64,000 nt of DNA from Obrimoposthia wandeli. Taxonomy: Eukaryota. Position 1 is the first letter of the stretch; each line of letters opens with the position of its first letter. The DNA lies in assembly GCA_977020255.1 (NCBI GenBank), contig CDROCS010000666.1, positions 124,001 to 188,000 of the forward strand, given 5' to 3'. Shown one piece after another: positions 8,281 through 19,321 of the stretch. The notes below the pieces were generated by a model, which was not told where the DNA came from, made no database searches, and saw nothing but the letters and a program-made list of their open reading frames with translations. A program made the position numbers and the translations under genes.

Positions 8281-10155
8281 TTACGCTTTGATTACTTTAT
8301 TTCGTCCTGCTTTTTTTGCCTGATATAAAGCAACGTCAGCTCTTGATACTAATTCTGAGCTTGTTTCTTTATTTATGTACTGCGCAACACCACAGCTGAT
8401 CGTCATTTTACCAATAGAAGGGAAGTTATAGTTCTCTATTACTATTCTTAATTTTTCAGCAAAAATGAACGCCTCATGAAGATTGGTATTACAAGCAACA
8501 ATGAGGAATTCTTCCCCTCCCCAACGGCTAGTCACATCGGTTATTCTGGTGTTTTCTTTTAACAATCGAGCCAAATGAATGAGTACATCATCACCCACTA
8601 AGTGACCGTATGTGTCATTAATTTTTTTGAAAAAATCAATATCAAGAATGATGACTGAAAAGTCACTTTGATATCGTTCGCAGCGAGAAGATTCTGACGA
8701 TAATACAGATTCTAATTTATAACGGTTATATAACCCGGTTAAGCTATCAGTAATTGATAGTAACTCTATATTTTTCTTATCAGTAATATTCTGAACTATC
8801 GTGGTAAAGCCATCAATCATACCATTAGCATTAATATCTGGTGTAATGAGCTTATATACCCATAGGTCATTCCCCTCTTTGTCTGCTTCTTTGAGCTCAC
8901 CTTCCCATACTTTTCCGGTAAGAATAAGTTCATGTATCTCATCATAAGCTTCTAAAGTGGTATCACGGTGTCGAAAGTCACACTGTTTTTTACCAATCAC
9001 TTCATCAATTGCATACCCAGTCGTTTCGGCAAAACACATGTTTACTTGCTTGATAACCCCGTCTCTGTCTGTGCTTAGTATCATTACGTGTTTATCAATA
9101 ACCGCAGCGTTCTTTTTGATTTTATCGTAAGCTTCAGAAAGTTTTGATTGTAAACGTGAAGGCATAATACTTGCGAACCAAGAAAGAGGAAAAGATACCG
9201 CAAGTACGGTTAATGCAATAAGTAACGCCGAGAGAACATTTTTATTCTGCATTGTCTGCATTACACCTAACTTTGGTGTAAATATGACTTTTAGATTATC
9301 TTTATTTCCAAACAAATCACCCAAGGAGTATGAGTAAATTCCTGGGCCATAAAAAGCATTAGGTGTAAGTATGTTTGATGCAGAATTAGGGAAAATATCA
9401 TTTAAGCTTTTCAAGTCTGGAAAATATTTACTCCACGACTGACTATTATCTGGGTGATGAATAATATCACCATCGCCACTTGCTAAATAAATATTGAAGC
9501 TTTCAGAAAAAGATAAGAAATTTATCGTTTCACTAAACAATAAATTTACAATAACAACACCATAAAAATGGTCATTAATAATCAATGGTGTTGCAACTCT
9601 AAACGTCGGTTTTAATGGTCGTTCTATTCTCCCATGTTCAATATTTAGATCAATATTCGAATACCAATATTGATTCTCTTTTAAGGTCGCGGCCTCTTTA
9701 AAATAATACCTTTCTTTTTTATCTTGCATATTATCATCTGAAATAACATGCAAATCATCAGTGGCACTATTTCGATCTATTCTTATTGTTTCCTTTCCCG
9801 TTCTATCGATATAACGCAGCTGCATTACATCTTTATCAGAAAGTGCCAAAGCATAGAAAAGGTTAGTTGCATTTATTTTATTATTAACATCATTCGATAG
9901 AACAAATTCTTTTGTAAGATCACTTTTAACTATCGACGAAAGTAGTATTTCACTATTTTTAATGTAACCAGATAAGTAATTTCGTTTAAAAGAAACTTCA
10001 GATTTAGAAGCTTCATGAAGCGCTTCATCAAGATCAACAAAGCTAATTTTATAATTTATAAATGATGTTACCAATGCGACAATCACACCAAAACCTAAAA
10101 AATACAAGGTTAACGTTAAACGATAAGGGTGTTTTAGCTTAAACATTTTTATCAC
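8281..10155 (-). CDS. Membrane sensor diguanylate cyclase (periplasmic Cache-like + PAS + GGDEF)
   Basis: Two TM segments; MQLRYID/KKERYYF Cache-like region; PAS WEGEL; DSLTGLYNR, DIDFFKKINDTYGHLVGD, intact RxxD I-site and GGEEF. Confidence 0.92.
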   Translation of the reverse strand: MIKMFKLKHPYRLTLTLYFLGFGVIVALVTSFINYKISFVDLDEALHEASKSEVSFKRNYLSGYIKNSEILLSSIVKSDLTKEFVLSNDVNNKINATNLFYALALSDKDVMQLRYIDRTGKETIRIDRNSATDDLHVISDDNMQDKKERYYFKEAATLKENQYWYSNIDLNIEHGRIERPLKPTFRVATPLIINDHFYGVVIVNLLFSETINFLSFSESFNIYLASGDGDIIHHPDNSQSWSKYFPDLKSLNDIFPNSASNILTPNAFYGPGIYSYSLGDLFGNKDNLKVIFTPKLGVMQTMQNKNVLSALLIALTVLAVSFPLSWFASIMPSRLQSKLSEAYDKIKKNAAVIDKHVMILSTDRDGVIKQVNMCFAETTGYAIDEVIGKKQCDFRHRDTTLEAYDEIHELILTGKVWEGELKEADKEGNDLWVYKLITPDINANGMIDGFTTIVQNITDKKNIELLSITDSLTGLYNRYKLESVLSSESSRCERYQSDFSVIILDIDFFKKINDTYGHLVGDDVLIHLARLLKENTRITDVTSRWGGEEFLIVACNTNLHEAFIFAEKLRIVIENYNFPSIGKMTISCGVAQYINKETSSELVSRADVALYQAKKAGRNKVIKA

Positions 10156-10702
10156 TCTGAAATAACACTTATGCTGCTAGACTATAAATAATCAAATCTA
10201 GCCAGTAATCAACTTAAAATTACGAGAAAATCTCTTCAACATTGAAGAGGCGGATCCCTCCTACACCATGGCTTTAGATTCATCATGACGGAACCAAGAA
10301 CAAGTGCATATACTAACAGCCAGCATTATACGCAACCATTCACAAGCGGTATATCCATCTGTATGGTTTAATTAATAACGACATGCTTTAAATCAATAGA
10401 TCACTCAATAGTTAAATGCATCATTTCAAATATAGGTTATCGCAAGCATCAATGAATCTACTATTGTATTACAGCAAGTGTACTCAGTCGCTAACTTTCA
10501 ATTATAAGTGCTTTGAATTGATAACATGAACAGCATCATATGCTGTGACAAAGCAGGTAAAGTTTCACACACACTCTGTATCATTTTATAGGCATAAAGC
10601 GCTAAAATACCCTATCCGTATGATATTTGGCTATAAGTGTTATTTTTATAATTGAAGCCAGATACTTGTATACATAACTTTTTATTGTTTGTGAGTTTAA
10701 TT

Positions 10703-11170
10703 ATGTATAACAAAATTATAATTCTATTATGCCCCCTTTTTTTAACTGCTTGTGCTTCTCCTAAATATACAGCGACACCTATTGAAGCTGAGCATAAAAG
10801 TACAGCGATCACTATTGTGAAAGATGATGCTACTAGGGCTATATTTTTAGATTCAATGCAAGAGTGGTGTTTAGATACTGCGCACAAGTGTACTGTTGTT
10901 ACTGATGGTACGCAGCCAATACCTCAAGAGCTAACATTAACCTATGTATCTCGTTGGAGTTGGGATTTCAGAACATTTATAGCGGATGCCAAAGTTAATG
11001 CATATAAAAATAATAAAAAGGTCGGTGAGGTTGAATTTAAAGCTCCGAACACCGCAACCACTACGAAATTTGGAGATGATAGTAAGCGAATAGAGTCAAT
11101 GATGAAAATATTATTTGGCGACCAAACAGTTTCTGAAGCTCAAGAAAAAATATCAACAGGCGAGATTTAA
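10703..11170 (+). CDS. Hypothetical lipoprotein
   Basis: Lipobox LTAC after short hydrophobic signal; start moved to ATG 10703. Confidence 0.75.
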   Translation: MYNKIIILLCPLFLTACASPKYTATPIEAEHKSTAITIVKDDATRAIFLDSMQEWCLDTAHKCTVVTDGTQPIPQELTLTYVSRWSWDFRTFIADAKVNAYKNNKKVGEVEFKAPNTATTTKFGDDSKRIESMMKILFGDQTVSEAQEKISTGEI

Positions 11171-11207
11171 TGTTAAAAATATAAAGTTAGCAAGGTAATA
11201 CTTTGCT

Positions 11208-12038
11208 ATGGAACACTTTTTTTCTGGCATTGAATCTTTGGAGGAATACGTTATTAACGCATATATATTAAATGTATTTACGGGTGAAGGGGCCGCAGGA
11301 AACCCCGCTGCCGTTGTTAAATTAAGCACTTGGTTGCCAGAAAACGAGTTACAAACGCTTTCTCGACATTTAAAACAACCCGTTACGTCATTTATTGTTT
11401 ATAACGAGCAAGGCTATGAAATTCGTTGGTTTGCGGATGAGGTAGAAATCAATTTATGTGGGCATGGTAGTTTGGCTGCCGCAGCGGCTATTTTTGAAAT
11501 GACGCCAAACCACAAACCCACTATTCAGCTTATTAGCCAGTACGGAACAGTTGTCGTCAATAAATCGGCGAATGGCTATACCATGACCATGCCTAGCTGG
11601 CAGCCTGAACATAATCCTCAATTAGAAAAATACCGCAAGTTACTTGGCGTAGAACCCATTGATATATTCAGTACTAGAGATTTGGTTGTCGTGTTCGACA
11701 GTGAACAGCAAGTTCGTAACTTCAAACCAGATTTTGACGTTATCAAAAGTATTCGAGACTACCATGCCGTTATTATAACAGCTCAAAAAGGAACTAGCGG
11801 TTACGTGCTAAGGAACTTTGTACCTAACATTGGTATTGATGAAGATATTGCGACAGGCTCTGCTCAGTGTTCATTAGTGCCATATTGGTCGAATAAGTTA
11901 TCAGTGAACGAACTGAGCGTAAATCAACTATCAGCTCAAGGTGGGTACTTCCACGTTCGTCAAAATCAAAGCGATAGTATTGAGTTAACAGTGAATGTAT
12001 TACTCACACAAGTTCTTAATCTTACCGAAGCAGCCTAA
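11208..12038 (+). CDS. PhzF family epimerase/isomerase
   Basis: GNPAAVV, IRWF..EINLCGHGSLA, EDIATGSA motifs; exact start uncertain. Confidence 0.9.
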   Translation: MEHFFSGIESLEEYVINAYILNVFTGEGAAGNPAAVVKLSTWLPENELQTLSRHLKQPVTSFIVYNEQGYEIRWFADEVEINLCGHGSLAAAAAIFEMTPNHKPTIQLISQYGTVVVNKSANGYTMTMPSWQPEHNPQLEKYRKLLGVEPIDIFSTRDLVVVFDSEQQVRNFKPDFDVIKSIRDYHAVIITAQKGTSGYVLRNFVPNIGIDEDIATGSAQCSLVPYWSNKLSVNELSVNQLSAQGGYFHVRQNQSDSIELTVNVLLTQVLNLTEAA

Positions 12039-12040
12039 AT

Positions 12041-12142
12041 TTACTAAGCAATCAAGGTGATGCATTACATTCGGCGGTTATAGTGTAAAATTCGGTGTGC
12101 TTGGTAAGTTTACCGTGGCATAACGTATGCTAACCGTTAGAA
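12041..12142 (+). repeat. Eroded attC-like repeat, copy C
   Basis: AAGCAATCAAGGTGATGCATTACATTCGGCGGTT ... CCGTTAGAA, between a stop codon and the next SD (GAGGA). Confidence 0.6.
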
Positions 12143-12161
12143 GGTAAGAGGAACATTTTAC

Positions 12162-12527
12162 ATGACTTATGATGAATATAACGCGTTCTGTCGTTCATTA
12201 CCGGCGACGACATATGTCGTTCAATGGAACAACTCTCATGTATGGAAAGTGGGCGGTAAAGTGTTCGCTATTGGTGGTTTAGGGGGAAATGACACCCCTG
12301 CTTTCACCTTTAAAACGTCAGACCTAAACTTCGTTTTTTTAAGTGAACATGTCGGTTATAGACCCGCCCCCTACTTCGCAACTCGAGGAATGAAGTGGAT
12401 ACAACAATACGAGAGTTCAACAGAAACAGATGAGGATTTACTGTATTACCTCAAAGAGTCTCATCGTATTGTGTCGTTAGGGCTGACGAAAACAAAGCTA
12501 AGAGAGCTTGGTTTAAATCCCAAATAA
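12162..12527 (+). CDS. MmcQ/YjbR family protein
   Basis: VWKVGGKVFA, PAPYFA..MKWI, ESHRIV motifs. Confidence 0.85.
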   Translation: MTYDEYNAFCRSLPATTYVVQWNNSHVWKVGGKVFAIGGLGGNDTPAFTFKTSDLNFVFLSEHVGYRPAPYFATRGMKWIQQYESSTETDEDLLYYLKESHRIVSLGLTKTKLRELGLNPK

Positions 12528-12550
12528 CGGTTATGGGCATCGCCTTAGAA

Positions 12551-12590
12551 GAAAGCATCAAGGTGATGCATTACACTCGGCGATTTTCGC
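12551..12590 (+). repeat. Eroded attC-like repeat, copy D
   Basis: AAGCATCAAGGTGATGCATTACACTCGGCGATTTT, 25 bp after stop. Confidence 0.6.
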
Positions 12591-12720
12591 ACCCATTTCA
12601 ATTAATGCGTTTTACGCTATACATTAGATATAAGTATCACAAAGCTATCAATAGGGATTTTTTCACTCTTCTTGCTGTCTGAAGCAGAAGATAATCCGAT
12701 TTAATGATTGAGAGCAATCT

Positions 12721-12942
12721 ATGAAAGTACTAAAAAGTTTTTGGTTATCCGCTCTATTTCTTGCTTTGAGCATGGCATGCTTACTCAGTTTTAACCTCAT
12801 TGGCTCGTATGTCGATGAAGATGGGCTGCTTGTTGAGCCTTTCGGATTTATTCCATTATTCTGGCTGTTTATATTGCTCGCTCTGGTTTCTTTCTTCGTA
12901 TCCTTGTTTAGAACTCGGAAAAACAGAACTGACAGCCAGTAA
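12721..12942 (+). CDS. DUF3955-like small membrane protein
   Basis: IGSYVDEDGLLVEPFGFIPL motif between two TM segments. Confidence 0.8.
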   Translation: MKVLKSFWLSALFLALSMACLLSFNLIGSYVDEDGLLVEPFGFIPLFWLFILLALVSFFVSLFRTRKNRTDSQ

Positions 12943-12984
12943 GAGTATTTCGGCTTGTTTCACGAATTTTAGTTCAGAGGTTTA

Positions 12985-13284
12985 ATGAAAAATACAGATG
13001 CAGAACCAGCCTATGAAACGTTAGAGATAGGTACACCGTTAGATTATACATCTGACGTTTACCGTGTTTATTTCGAAGTGCGTGAACATAAAGGAATGGT
13101 GAAAGAAATCATTTCAGGCTTTCTTGGTACAGAAAGGGCTGGAAAAGTAGCAACGTTAGCGCATGGGTACGAAATAGAATTGCCCATTCAGTGTATTCCC
13201 GAAATAGTCAGGTTGCTAACAGATAAAAATATCGCGGTATATCAAGTAGTACGCTATGCCAAAACAAATAGCATTTGGGTCTAA
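12985..13284 (+). CDS. Hypothetical protein
   Basis: 99-aa ORF with SD GAGG. Confidence 0.65.
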   Translation: MKNTDAEPAYETLEIGTPLDYTSDVYRVYFEVREHKGMVKEIISGFLGTERAGKVATLAHGYEIELPIQCIPEIVRLLTDKNIAVYQVVRYAKTNSIWV

Positions 13285-13323
13285 TCGTTTAACAACGCGC
13301 CACTGATATGAAAAGGGAATTAA

Positions 13324-13719
13324 ATGAAATTCAGTTTCAATATGGAAGATGCAAGCCAAGTATTTGTTGGCGCTTTTGCGCTTGCGGTTCCAATTTCTTT
13401 TTCAGAAGAAGCGTGGCGTTTAGGTGACACATTACCCTATTCTAATTTGCTGATGCTTTTTACATTATCAGTACTTTTTCTTGGTATATTCACCTATCAA
13501 AGTGTATTTCAGAAAAACATTAAAAATCGCCTTTTTGTGTTCATTTTCCGTATTGTTATCGCTTACATTATGACGGCATTCGTCGTCTGCTTAGTGCTTT
13601 TGTGTTTAGATAAATTTCCATTTTTTACCGATCCGGTAACGGCTATTAAACGGATGATTGTAATTACGATGCCTGCCTCTATGGGGGCAATTGTAGTGGA
13701 TAGCTTTGATAAAGAATGA
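13324..13719 (+). CDS. DUF2391 family membrane protein
   Basis: EDASQVFVGAFALAVPISFSEEAW, PASMGAIVVD motifs. Confidence 0.8.
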   Translation: MKFSFNMEDASQVFVGAFALAVPISFSEEAWRLGDTLPYSNLLMLFTLSVLFLGIFTYQSVFQKNIKNRLFVFIFRIVIAYIMTAFVVCLVLLCLDKFPFFTDPVTAIKRMIVITMPASMGAIVVDSFDKE

Positions 13720-13726
13720 AACGGGA

Positions 13727-14470
13727 CTACCACGGTATTTTCTGCCCATCGTAACTAAAAAATTCACCAGAATCAGTTGGTGTTTTTGTGCTCAATAAAT
13801 CAACTAAACACTGTGCGACATATTCAGGTGTGAATAGCTTATTTGCTGGAACATTTTTTTGAAACTGCTTGGATAAATGGGTATCTGTTGTACCTGGATG
13901 AAATGCAAAAACACAGCAGTTAGGTAATTTATACTTCCACTCTATACTGATCGTTTTTAGTGCCATGTTTAATGCCGCTTTAGATGAGCGATAACTGATC
14001 CACCCTCCTACTTTATTGTCTTCTATACTGCCAATTCGAGCAGAAACAGACACAAAATGTGTATTCTGTTTTGATTTTAGGTGAGTTGAAAAATACTTCG
14101 CTAAGTAGATAGTGGGTATAACGTTGGTAACAATATTCTGATGAAAAAAATCGGCATCAAATTCATTTATCGATTTTTCAGGCTGATTGTTAGGTAAATG
14201 CAGTATTCCAACGGTATTAATCACGACATCTAACGTTGCAATGCTATCGGCTAATGAGCGAATGTCATGTTCCGATGATACATCTACTTTAAACCAGTTA
14301 ACGCGGGCATTCTCTATGTGTGGCTTACTGGTTCGATAGGTCGCATAAATAATCGTTTCTGGTTGAGTGGTTAAGAATAGATGAATTAGCGCAGAGCCTA
14401 TACCGCCAGAACCTCCGATAATGAGTATCTTCAATGAGTTATACCTTTGTAGTTGATGTTCAATAATCAT
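13727..14470 (-). CDS. SDR oxidoreductase, C-factor/CsgA-like
   Basis: IIGGSGGIG, SARIGSI, YRSSKAALN catalytic YxxxK, HPGTTDT. Confidence 0.9.
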   Translation of the reverse strand: MIIEHQLQRYNSLKILIIGGSGGIGSALIHLFLTTQPETIIYATYRTSKPHIENARVNWFKVDVSSEHDIRSLADSIATLDVVINTVGILHLPNNQPEKSINEFDADFFHQNIVTNVIPTIYLAKYFSTHLKSKQNTHFVSVSARIGSIEDNKVGGWISYRSSKAALNMALKTISIEWKYKLPNCCVFAFHPGTTDTHLSKQFQKNVPANKLFTPEYVAQCLVDLLSTKTPTDSGEFFSYDGQKIPW

Positions 14471-14490
14471 AGAACATGAACCTTGATACA

Positions 14491-14536
14491 GCTAAAAAGC
14501 AATTACAGAAATGTATAACACTTAGCGGTTTTGGTC
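14491..14536 (+). repeat. Eroded attC-like repeat, copy F
   Basis: GCTAAAAAGCAATTACAGAAATGTATAACACTTAGCGGTTTTGGT aligns with copies C/D; + orientation although both flanking genes are on -. Confidence 0.55.
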
Positions 14537-14634
14537 GGTACTTAGCGAGGAAAAATGTATGGCAGGTATTTGGGTGCAGTTCGATGGTTGTATCATTCAA
14601 GGCATATGGCTGATTGAATGATACAACTCAGAAT

Positions 14635-15378
14635 TTAGATTTTCACACAGACAAAAATAGCGTTTCCAGAGTTCTGATCCCAAGGGATGATTTTCTCATA
14701 GTCATGCTCAAAAACATGGACTTCAAAGTAAGGTTTCAAGATTTTTTTCAATTCATTAAAACAGAAAGCAACCATAGGGTGTTCGTCGTTCCAGGTTTGG
14801 GTTTCTTCTGCGGTTGTTTTTTCTATGCTGAGTTTTAGCGCCTGTTTTTCGCCTTCACCACTGTAATGCCAGCCAGATTGGAAAGAGAACACGCTGTCTT
14901 CTTGTTTCGCGGTGTGTTTTACAAATAAAGCGTTGTTAATCTTGTTTTTATCGACCACGTTAAAGCAAAAAACACCATCGCTTTTTAACGCGCTATGTAC
15001 GCTTTTGAGGCATTCTTTCAATTTTTCGATGCCATCGCTGTAATGGATGGAGTACAAGAAACAAGTGATTAAATCTAATGGCTCTGCCATTTTAAAATCA
15101 CTCATGTTTTGCAAAGAAAAGTGTGCCTCTGGGCAACGATTGGTTGCTATATCAAGCATCGGTTGATTGATATCGAGCCCGCTACTTTGATAGCCAAAAT
15201 CAATGAAATGACGTACATGCGGGCCTGTGCCGCAGGCTAAATCAAGATGTGTATTTCCGTCGTTACCGAAAATCTGGTGTAGTCTGCGAATACTGTGGCT
15301 TTGAGCTTGGTAGTCAATATCGACACACATTAAATCGTAATAGCCAGAAAGGTCGGTATATAGAGCGTTGGCGGACAT
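14635..15378 (-). CDS. Class I SAM-dependent methyltransferase
   Basis: LDLACGTGPH motif I, GLDINQPML, LKSDGVFCF. Confidence 0.9.
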   Translation of the reverse strand: MSANALYTDLSGYYDLMCVDIDYQAQSHSIRRLHQIFGNDGNTHLDLACGTGPHVRHFIDFGYQSSGLDINQPMLDIATNRCPEAHFSLQNMSDFKMAEPLDLITCFLYSIHYSDGIEKLKECLKSVHSALKSDGVFCFNVVDKNKINNALFVKHTAKQEDSVFSFQSGWHYSGEGEKQALKLSIEKTTAEETQTWNDEHPMVAFCFNELKKILKPYFEVHVFEHDYEKIIPWDQNSGNAIFVCVKI

Positions 15379-15520
15379 ATTAGCCTAGTCGTTTTAGCTG
15401 AAATATTTTCGGTGGCGCATAGTAAACGAATCTGAAGAATTTGCGAAGTATATATAACCACCAGAAATAAAATTAACAAAAGAAACAGCTAGCATGCACA
15501 CTAAATATAGAGAAAAATCA

Positions 15521-15629
15521 ATGACTACTTCTGTTTTGAAAACTGAAAATTTCGTCATCAGGCGTATTTAAAAGAAAAGACTTAGCAGCATTTACTCAAT
15601 ATCACATAATAGAAGCAGTGGACAATTAA
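15521..15629 (+). pseudogene. 5' remnant of RimJ/RimL-type GNAT
   Basis: MTTSVLKTENFVIRR, +1 frameshift, then FKRKDLAAFTQY; ends at torZ terminator region. Confidence 0.5.
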
Positions 15630-15658
15630 ACTTGACCACCGTGGGGGAATTAATAAAA

Positions 15659-15686
15659 AATCCAAGTACATAGATACACTTGGATT
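15659..15686 (-). terminator. Terminator of torYZ
   Basis: AATCCAAGT...ACTTGGATT inverted repeat preceded by A-run on + strand. Confidence 0.65.
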
Positions 15687-15765
15687 CTCTCTTCTTATAT
15701 AGGTCAACGGCACGGCATCTCTTACTATCTGTATGCGTTCACTTTTAAGTTATTGATATAAATTC

Positions 15766-18216
15766 TTAACCATTCTGCGGTGGCGTAAAGGCCGTTAATG
15801 GTGGAGCCACACCAACAAATTTTTCAATTTTTACCACACCAGAATTACCACTGTTACCGTTGGCTAAACGAGAGGTTGGAATATCCATGGTCAGGACATT
15901 TGGTCCCCCATTTTTACACATACCTGTTTTAGGATCTAAATCTGGCCATGCACCTTCATGGATACAGACACTGCCTTGTTTAATACCATCAGAAATATAA
16001 GCACCAACAAGAACTTGCCCGCGTTGATTAAAGGCGCGAACTAAATCACCCTCTTTAATGCCACGCGCTTTTGCATCTTCTGGGTGAATCGTAATGGGTT
16101 CACGATCTTGGATAGCATATTCTTTGCGAATATCTGCATAGTTAAATTGACTGTGTAGACGGTGTGCAGCATGAGAGGTCATTAACTGAAGTTCACCTTG
16201 CTTGTAATTCAGCGCCCACTCTGTTGGTTCTATCCACGTTGGGTGTGGAGGACAATCGTCCAACCTGTAGCCTTCAATAGTTTTAGAGAAAATTTCAATT
16301 TTACCACTCGGTGTGCCCAGTGGATTCATTATTGGATCTTTGCGGAAATCACCAAAACGAACAAATTGAGCATTTTTCTCATTCCACTTCATTTCGATAA
16401 GCTTATTCGCTTCCCAGAATTTAGTGAAGTTCGGCATAGGCACACGTGCATTTCGTCCACCTTTTTGCGCTGCTTTATAGAAGTCACGAAGCCATTCCAT
16501 CTCCGTTTTATTTTCCATGTAAACGTTCTTACCACCAGGTCGAATGTATTCAGCAAGATCAGCAAACACATCTAAATCACTTCGCGCTTCATGTTGTGCT
16601 TCAACCGCTTGCTTCATCGGTACAAGATGCTGGTTAGAGTAATCGCCCGTCATAGTCAGGTCATTACGCTCGAAAGACGTCGTAATTGGTAGAACAATGT
16701 CGGCATGTTTAGCAGCTGCAGTCCAATAAGGTTCTGAAATAACAATCATTTCAGGTTTTTGCCACGCTTTGATTAAACGATTGGTATCTTGATGATGAGT
16801 AAAGTTGGCACCACCAGCCCACCAAATCATTTTCAGTTCAGGGAAAGTAAGCGTATGTCCATTATGCTGATATTGTGCTCCTGGTTTTTCCAAACATTCA
16901 ACAATTCGTGCAACCGGGAAGGCGATAACAGAGCCCTGAACAGCCCAATCATTCCCCCCCGAAGAGGCACCACCTAATGACGCTGACATCGCCGGTAATA
17001 CACCTGCATCACGAGTAGGATTACCACCATTAGAGTAATGATAAGAGTAACCAAACCCACCACCAGGTAACCCAACTTGCCCTAACATAGAAGCTAAAAC
17101 CGTTAACATCCAGTGACGTTGCTCACCATATTGTTGACGTTGCATCCCCCAGCCCGCCATGAGCATGGTGCGATTTTCTTTAAAAATCTTAGCCAACAGC
17201 TCAATTTGTTTAACCGAAACACCACAAATTTGCTCTGCCCATTGTGGCGTTTTTTCAATTCCGTCTTCTTTACCCATCAAGTAGGCTTCAAATTTATCAA
17301 AACCGATTGTGTACTTAGTTAGGAATTCAGTATCATGTTGTTTTGTTGTGATTAATTGATGGGCAATACCCATCATTAATGCCACATCAGATTGTGGGTG
17401 TGGAGCAATCCATTGTGCTTTATCACCAAAGAATTCTGCGGTTTCAGAGCGCATTGGGTCAATAATAATGACTGTTTTGCCTGATTTTTTTAGCTGATGG
17501 AAGAACTCAAGCCCCTGCCCGTCGGTTGAAGACCAAGCAATTTTTAAGGTATTTAGCGGATTTAAGCCCCACAATACAACCACATCACTGTTTTCTAAAA
17601 TCACAGGATAAGTTGTTTGTTGTTCATACACTTCGATGGAACCCACAACGTGTGGCATGATAACCTGAGCGGCACCGGTAGAATAATCCCCTAGATGACC
17701 TGCATATCCTCCTGACATACTCATGTAACGTTGTAATAGGGTTTGTGCTTTGTGCAATATACCACTTGAACGCCAACCGTAAGAGCCAGCAAAAATGGAT
17801 TCCGGACCATACTCTTTACGAATACGCGTATGTTGCTCATGGATGAGTTTATATACCTCATCCCATGAAACTTGGACAAATTCATCACTACCGCGCATAC
17901 CTTGAGGGTTGCTTGGGTTTTCTAAGTAACCTTTACGAACCATTGGGTATTTCACTCGTGCTTTTGTATGCACTTGCGATGGCCCCGTAAGTTGTAAACT
18001 GTTTGGCACCGTTTGAGCTAAACCACTTTTCGTTGAAATCAATTGTCCATCTTTAACTTCGCATAGCAATGGCCCCATACGACTCGCGGTTAAGATTAAT
18101 GAATCAGAACGACCAGTTGCTGCACTTGCTGGCAACGGAGCAATAGACGTAATGGCCAATGCACCAGCAGATACACTTGCGCTTTTTAAAAATCCGCGAC
18201 GAGAAATATTAGTCAT
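15766..18216 (-). CDS. torZ: Periplasmic molybdo-bisPGD N-/S-oxide reductase, TorZ type
   Basis: Tat signal SRRGFLK; GSYGW (Tyr-containing DMSOR/TorZ/BisC class); GDYSTGAAQ Mo-ligand Ser; downstream of pentahaem cytochrome; ATG 18216 after GGGAG. Confidence 0.88.
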   Translation of the reverse strand: MTNISRRGFLKSASVSAGALAITSIAPLPASAATGRSDSLILTASRMGPLLCEVKDGQLISTKSGLAQTVPNSLQLTGPSQVHTKARVKYPMVRKGYLENPSNPQGMRGSDEFVQVSWDEVYKLIHEQHTRIRKEYGPESIFAGSYGWRSSGILHKAQTLLQRYMSMSGGYAGHLGDYSTGAAQVIMPHVVGSIEVYEQQTTYPVILENSDVVVLWGLNPLNTLKIAWSSTDGQGLEFFHQLKKSGKTVIIIDPMRSETAEFFGDKAQWIAPHPQSDVALMMGIAHQLITTKQHDTEFLTKYTIGFDKFEAYLMGKEDGIEKTPQWAEQICGVSVKQIELLAKIFKENRTMLMAGWGMQRQQYGEQRHWMLTVLASMLGQVGLPGGGFGYSYHYSNGGNPTRDAGVLPAMSASLGGASSGGNDWAVQGSVIAFPVARIVECLEKPGAQYQHNGHTLTFPELKMIWWAGGANFTHHQDTNRLIKAWQKPEMIVISEPYWTAAAKHADIVLPITTSFERNDLTMTGDYSNQHLVPMKQAVEAQHEARSDLDVFADLAEYIRPGGKNVYMENKTEMEWLRDFYKAAQKGGRNARVPMPNFTKFWEANKLIEMKWNEKNAQFVRFGDFRKDPIMNPLGTPSGKIEIFSKTIEGYRLDDCPPHPTWIEPTEWALNYKQGELQLMTSHAAHRLHSQFNYADIRKEYAIQDREPITIHPEDAKARGIKEGDLVRAFNQRGQVLVGAYISDGIKQGSVCIHEGAWPDLDPKTGMCKNGGPNVLTMDIPTSRLANGNSGNSGVVKIEKFVGVAPPLTAFTPPQNG

Positions 18217-18229
18217 AATCACTCCCTTC

Positions 18230-19321
18230 TTATTCATGGTTTGCCACGTCTTTCGCGTGGTTTTGGAAGAATTTAGTTAAGATTTCAAGGTTAAGTGCCG
18301 AAATATCAGTACGATCACCCATACTCTTGGCAACAGGTCCCCACGAGTTCACAGTGAAGTGATTAGCCGGAATTTTGGCATGACACGTTGAACAGTAAAC
18401 GTTATCAAGCTGTTCAGCGTAATCCCACAAAGGTTTATTGGACGCTAAAACAGGTGCTTCAATCGTGCCTGTTAGCTTCGCACTACGCCATTCGTTACCA
18501 TAAGCATCAGTATTGGCGTCACCCAATTCGAGCGCTTTCAAGCCTTCTTCTGTTACGCTGGCAATGATTGAGCGTTGTCCTTCTCCCACATAGATAACCG
18601 TTTCAGCGCCTTTCATTTGGAAACCTGAAATAGTGACAGTACGTTTATCCTCTTCGCTCTCAACCGTAGTAAGTTCAACCGCTGGATTGATGGTGGCAAG
18701 ATTACCCATTTTAATGCTTTCAATAGGATAGACTTTTTCAGCATCTGGCTTGGTATTTTTAGCTATATCAAATAGATGGTCAAAGGCTGAAGTGTCTAGC
18801 TCAATTTGTGGTGCAAAGTGCGCGACGCCTTTATGGCAATCAATACAGGTTTGATTATTTTCTTGTGCATACAAATGCAGTTCTTGTGCATTCTTTGATT
18901 GGTCATACGTTTCCATTGCATCCCAGCTGTGGCAAGAACGGCAAGTTGCCGAGTCATTTTCACGCATCTGAGCCCAGACGGTTTCTGCCATGCCTAAACG
19001 ATGCTCTTCATACTTAGCATCTGTATCAATTTTACCTGTAATAAATTCGTGGTAGATATCTTTAGAAGCACGAATTTTAGTAATTAAATAATCAAGGGGT
19101 TCTTGAGGTATGTGGCAATCGGAGCACTCTGCACGAATCCCTTTTTGGTTGCTAAAGTGGACAGAACTTTGGTATTCAAGAAGGGGTTTATCCATAGTGT
19201 GACATGAAACGCAAAATTCGGTGGTAGAGGTCGCGTGAAGTACTGCCGCAGTACCGCTTAGGGTCAGCCAACCAATGACCACGCCAATGATGCCAATTAA
19301 AACGATATAACGTTTTTTCAT
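18230..19321 (-). CDS. torY: Pentahaem c-type cytochrome, NapC/NirT-TorC/TorY family
   Basis: N-terminal TM anchor; five CxxCH (CVSCH, CSDCH, CRSCH, CIDCH, CSTCH). Confidence 0.88.
   Translation of the reverse strand: MKKRYIVLIGIIGVVIGWLTLSGTAAVLHATSTTEFCVSCHTMDKPLLEYQSSVHFSNQKGIRAECSDCHIPQEPLDYLITKIRASKDIYHEFITGKIDTDAKYEEHRLGMAETVWAQMRENDSATCRSCHSWDAMETYDQSKNAQELHLYAQENNQTCIDCHKGVAHFAPQIELDTSAFDHLFDIAKNTKPDAEKVYPIESIKMGNLATINPAVELTTVESEEDKRTVTISGFQMKGAETVIYVGEGQRSIIASVTEEGLKALELGDANTDAYGNEWRSAKLTGTIEAPVLASNKPLWDYAEQLDNVYCSTCHAKIPANHFTVNSWGPVAKSMGDRTDISALNLEILTKFFQNHAKDVANHE

Noticed and set aside
4988-10258. GGCGGATCCC at 4988 and 10249
   Set aside because: Only 10 bp with no extended similarity; compatible with chance
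11208-11255. Possible non-canonical start of the PhzF gene (GGAGG then GTT/ATT)
   Set aside because: An in-frame ATG exists at 11208; cannot be decided without ribosome profiling
343-14536. Repeats as a CRISPR array
   Set aside because: Spacing is irregular and kilobase-scale, copies are degenerate and separated by whole genes; no cas genes
15766-18216. Calling the reductase TorA
   Set aside because: Has the SYGW Tyr motif of the TorZ/BisC/DMSOR class and lacks adjacent torD/torE/torR
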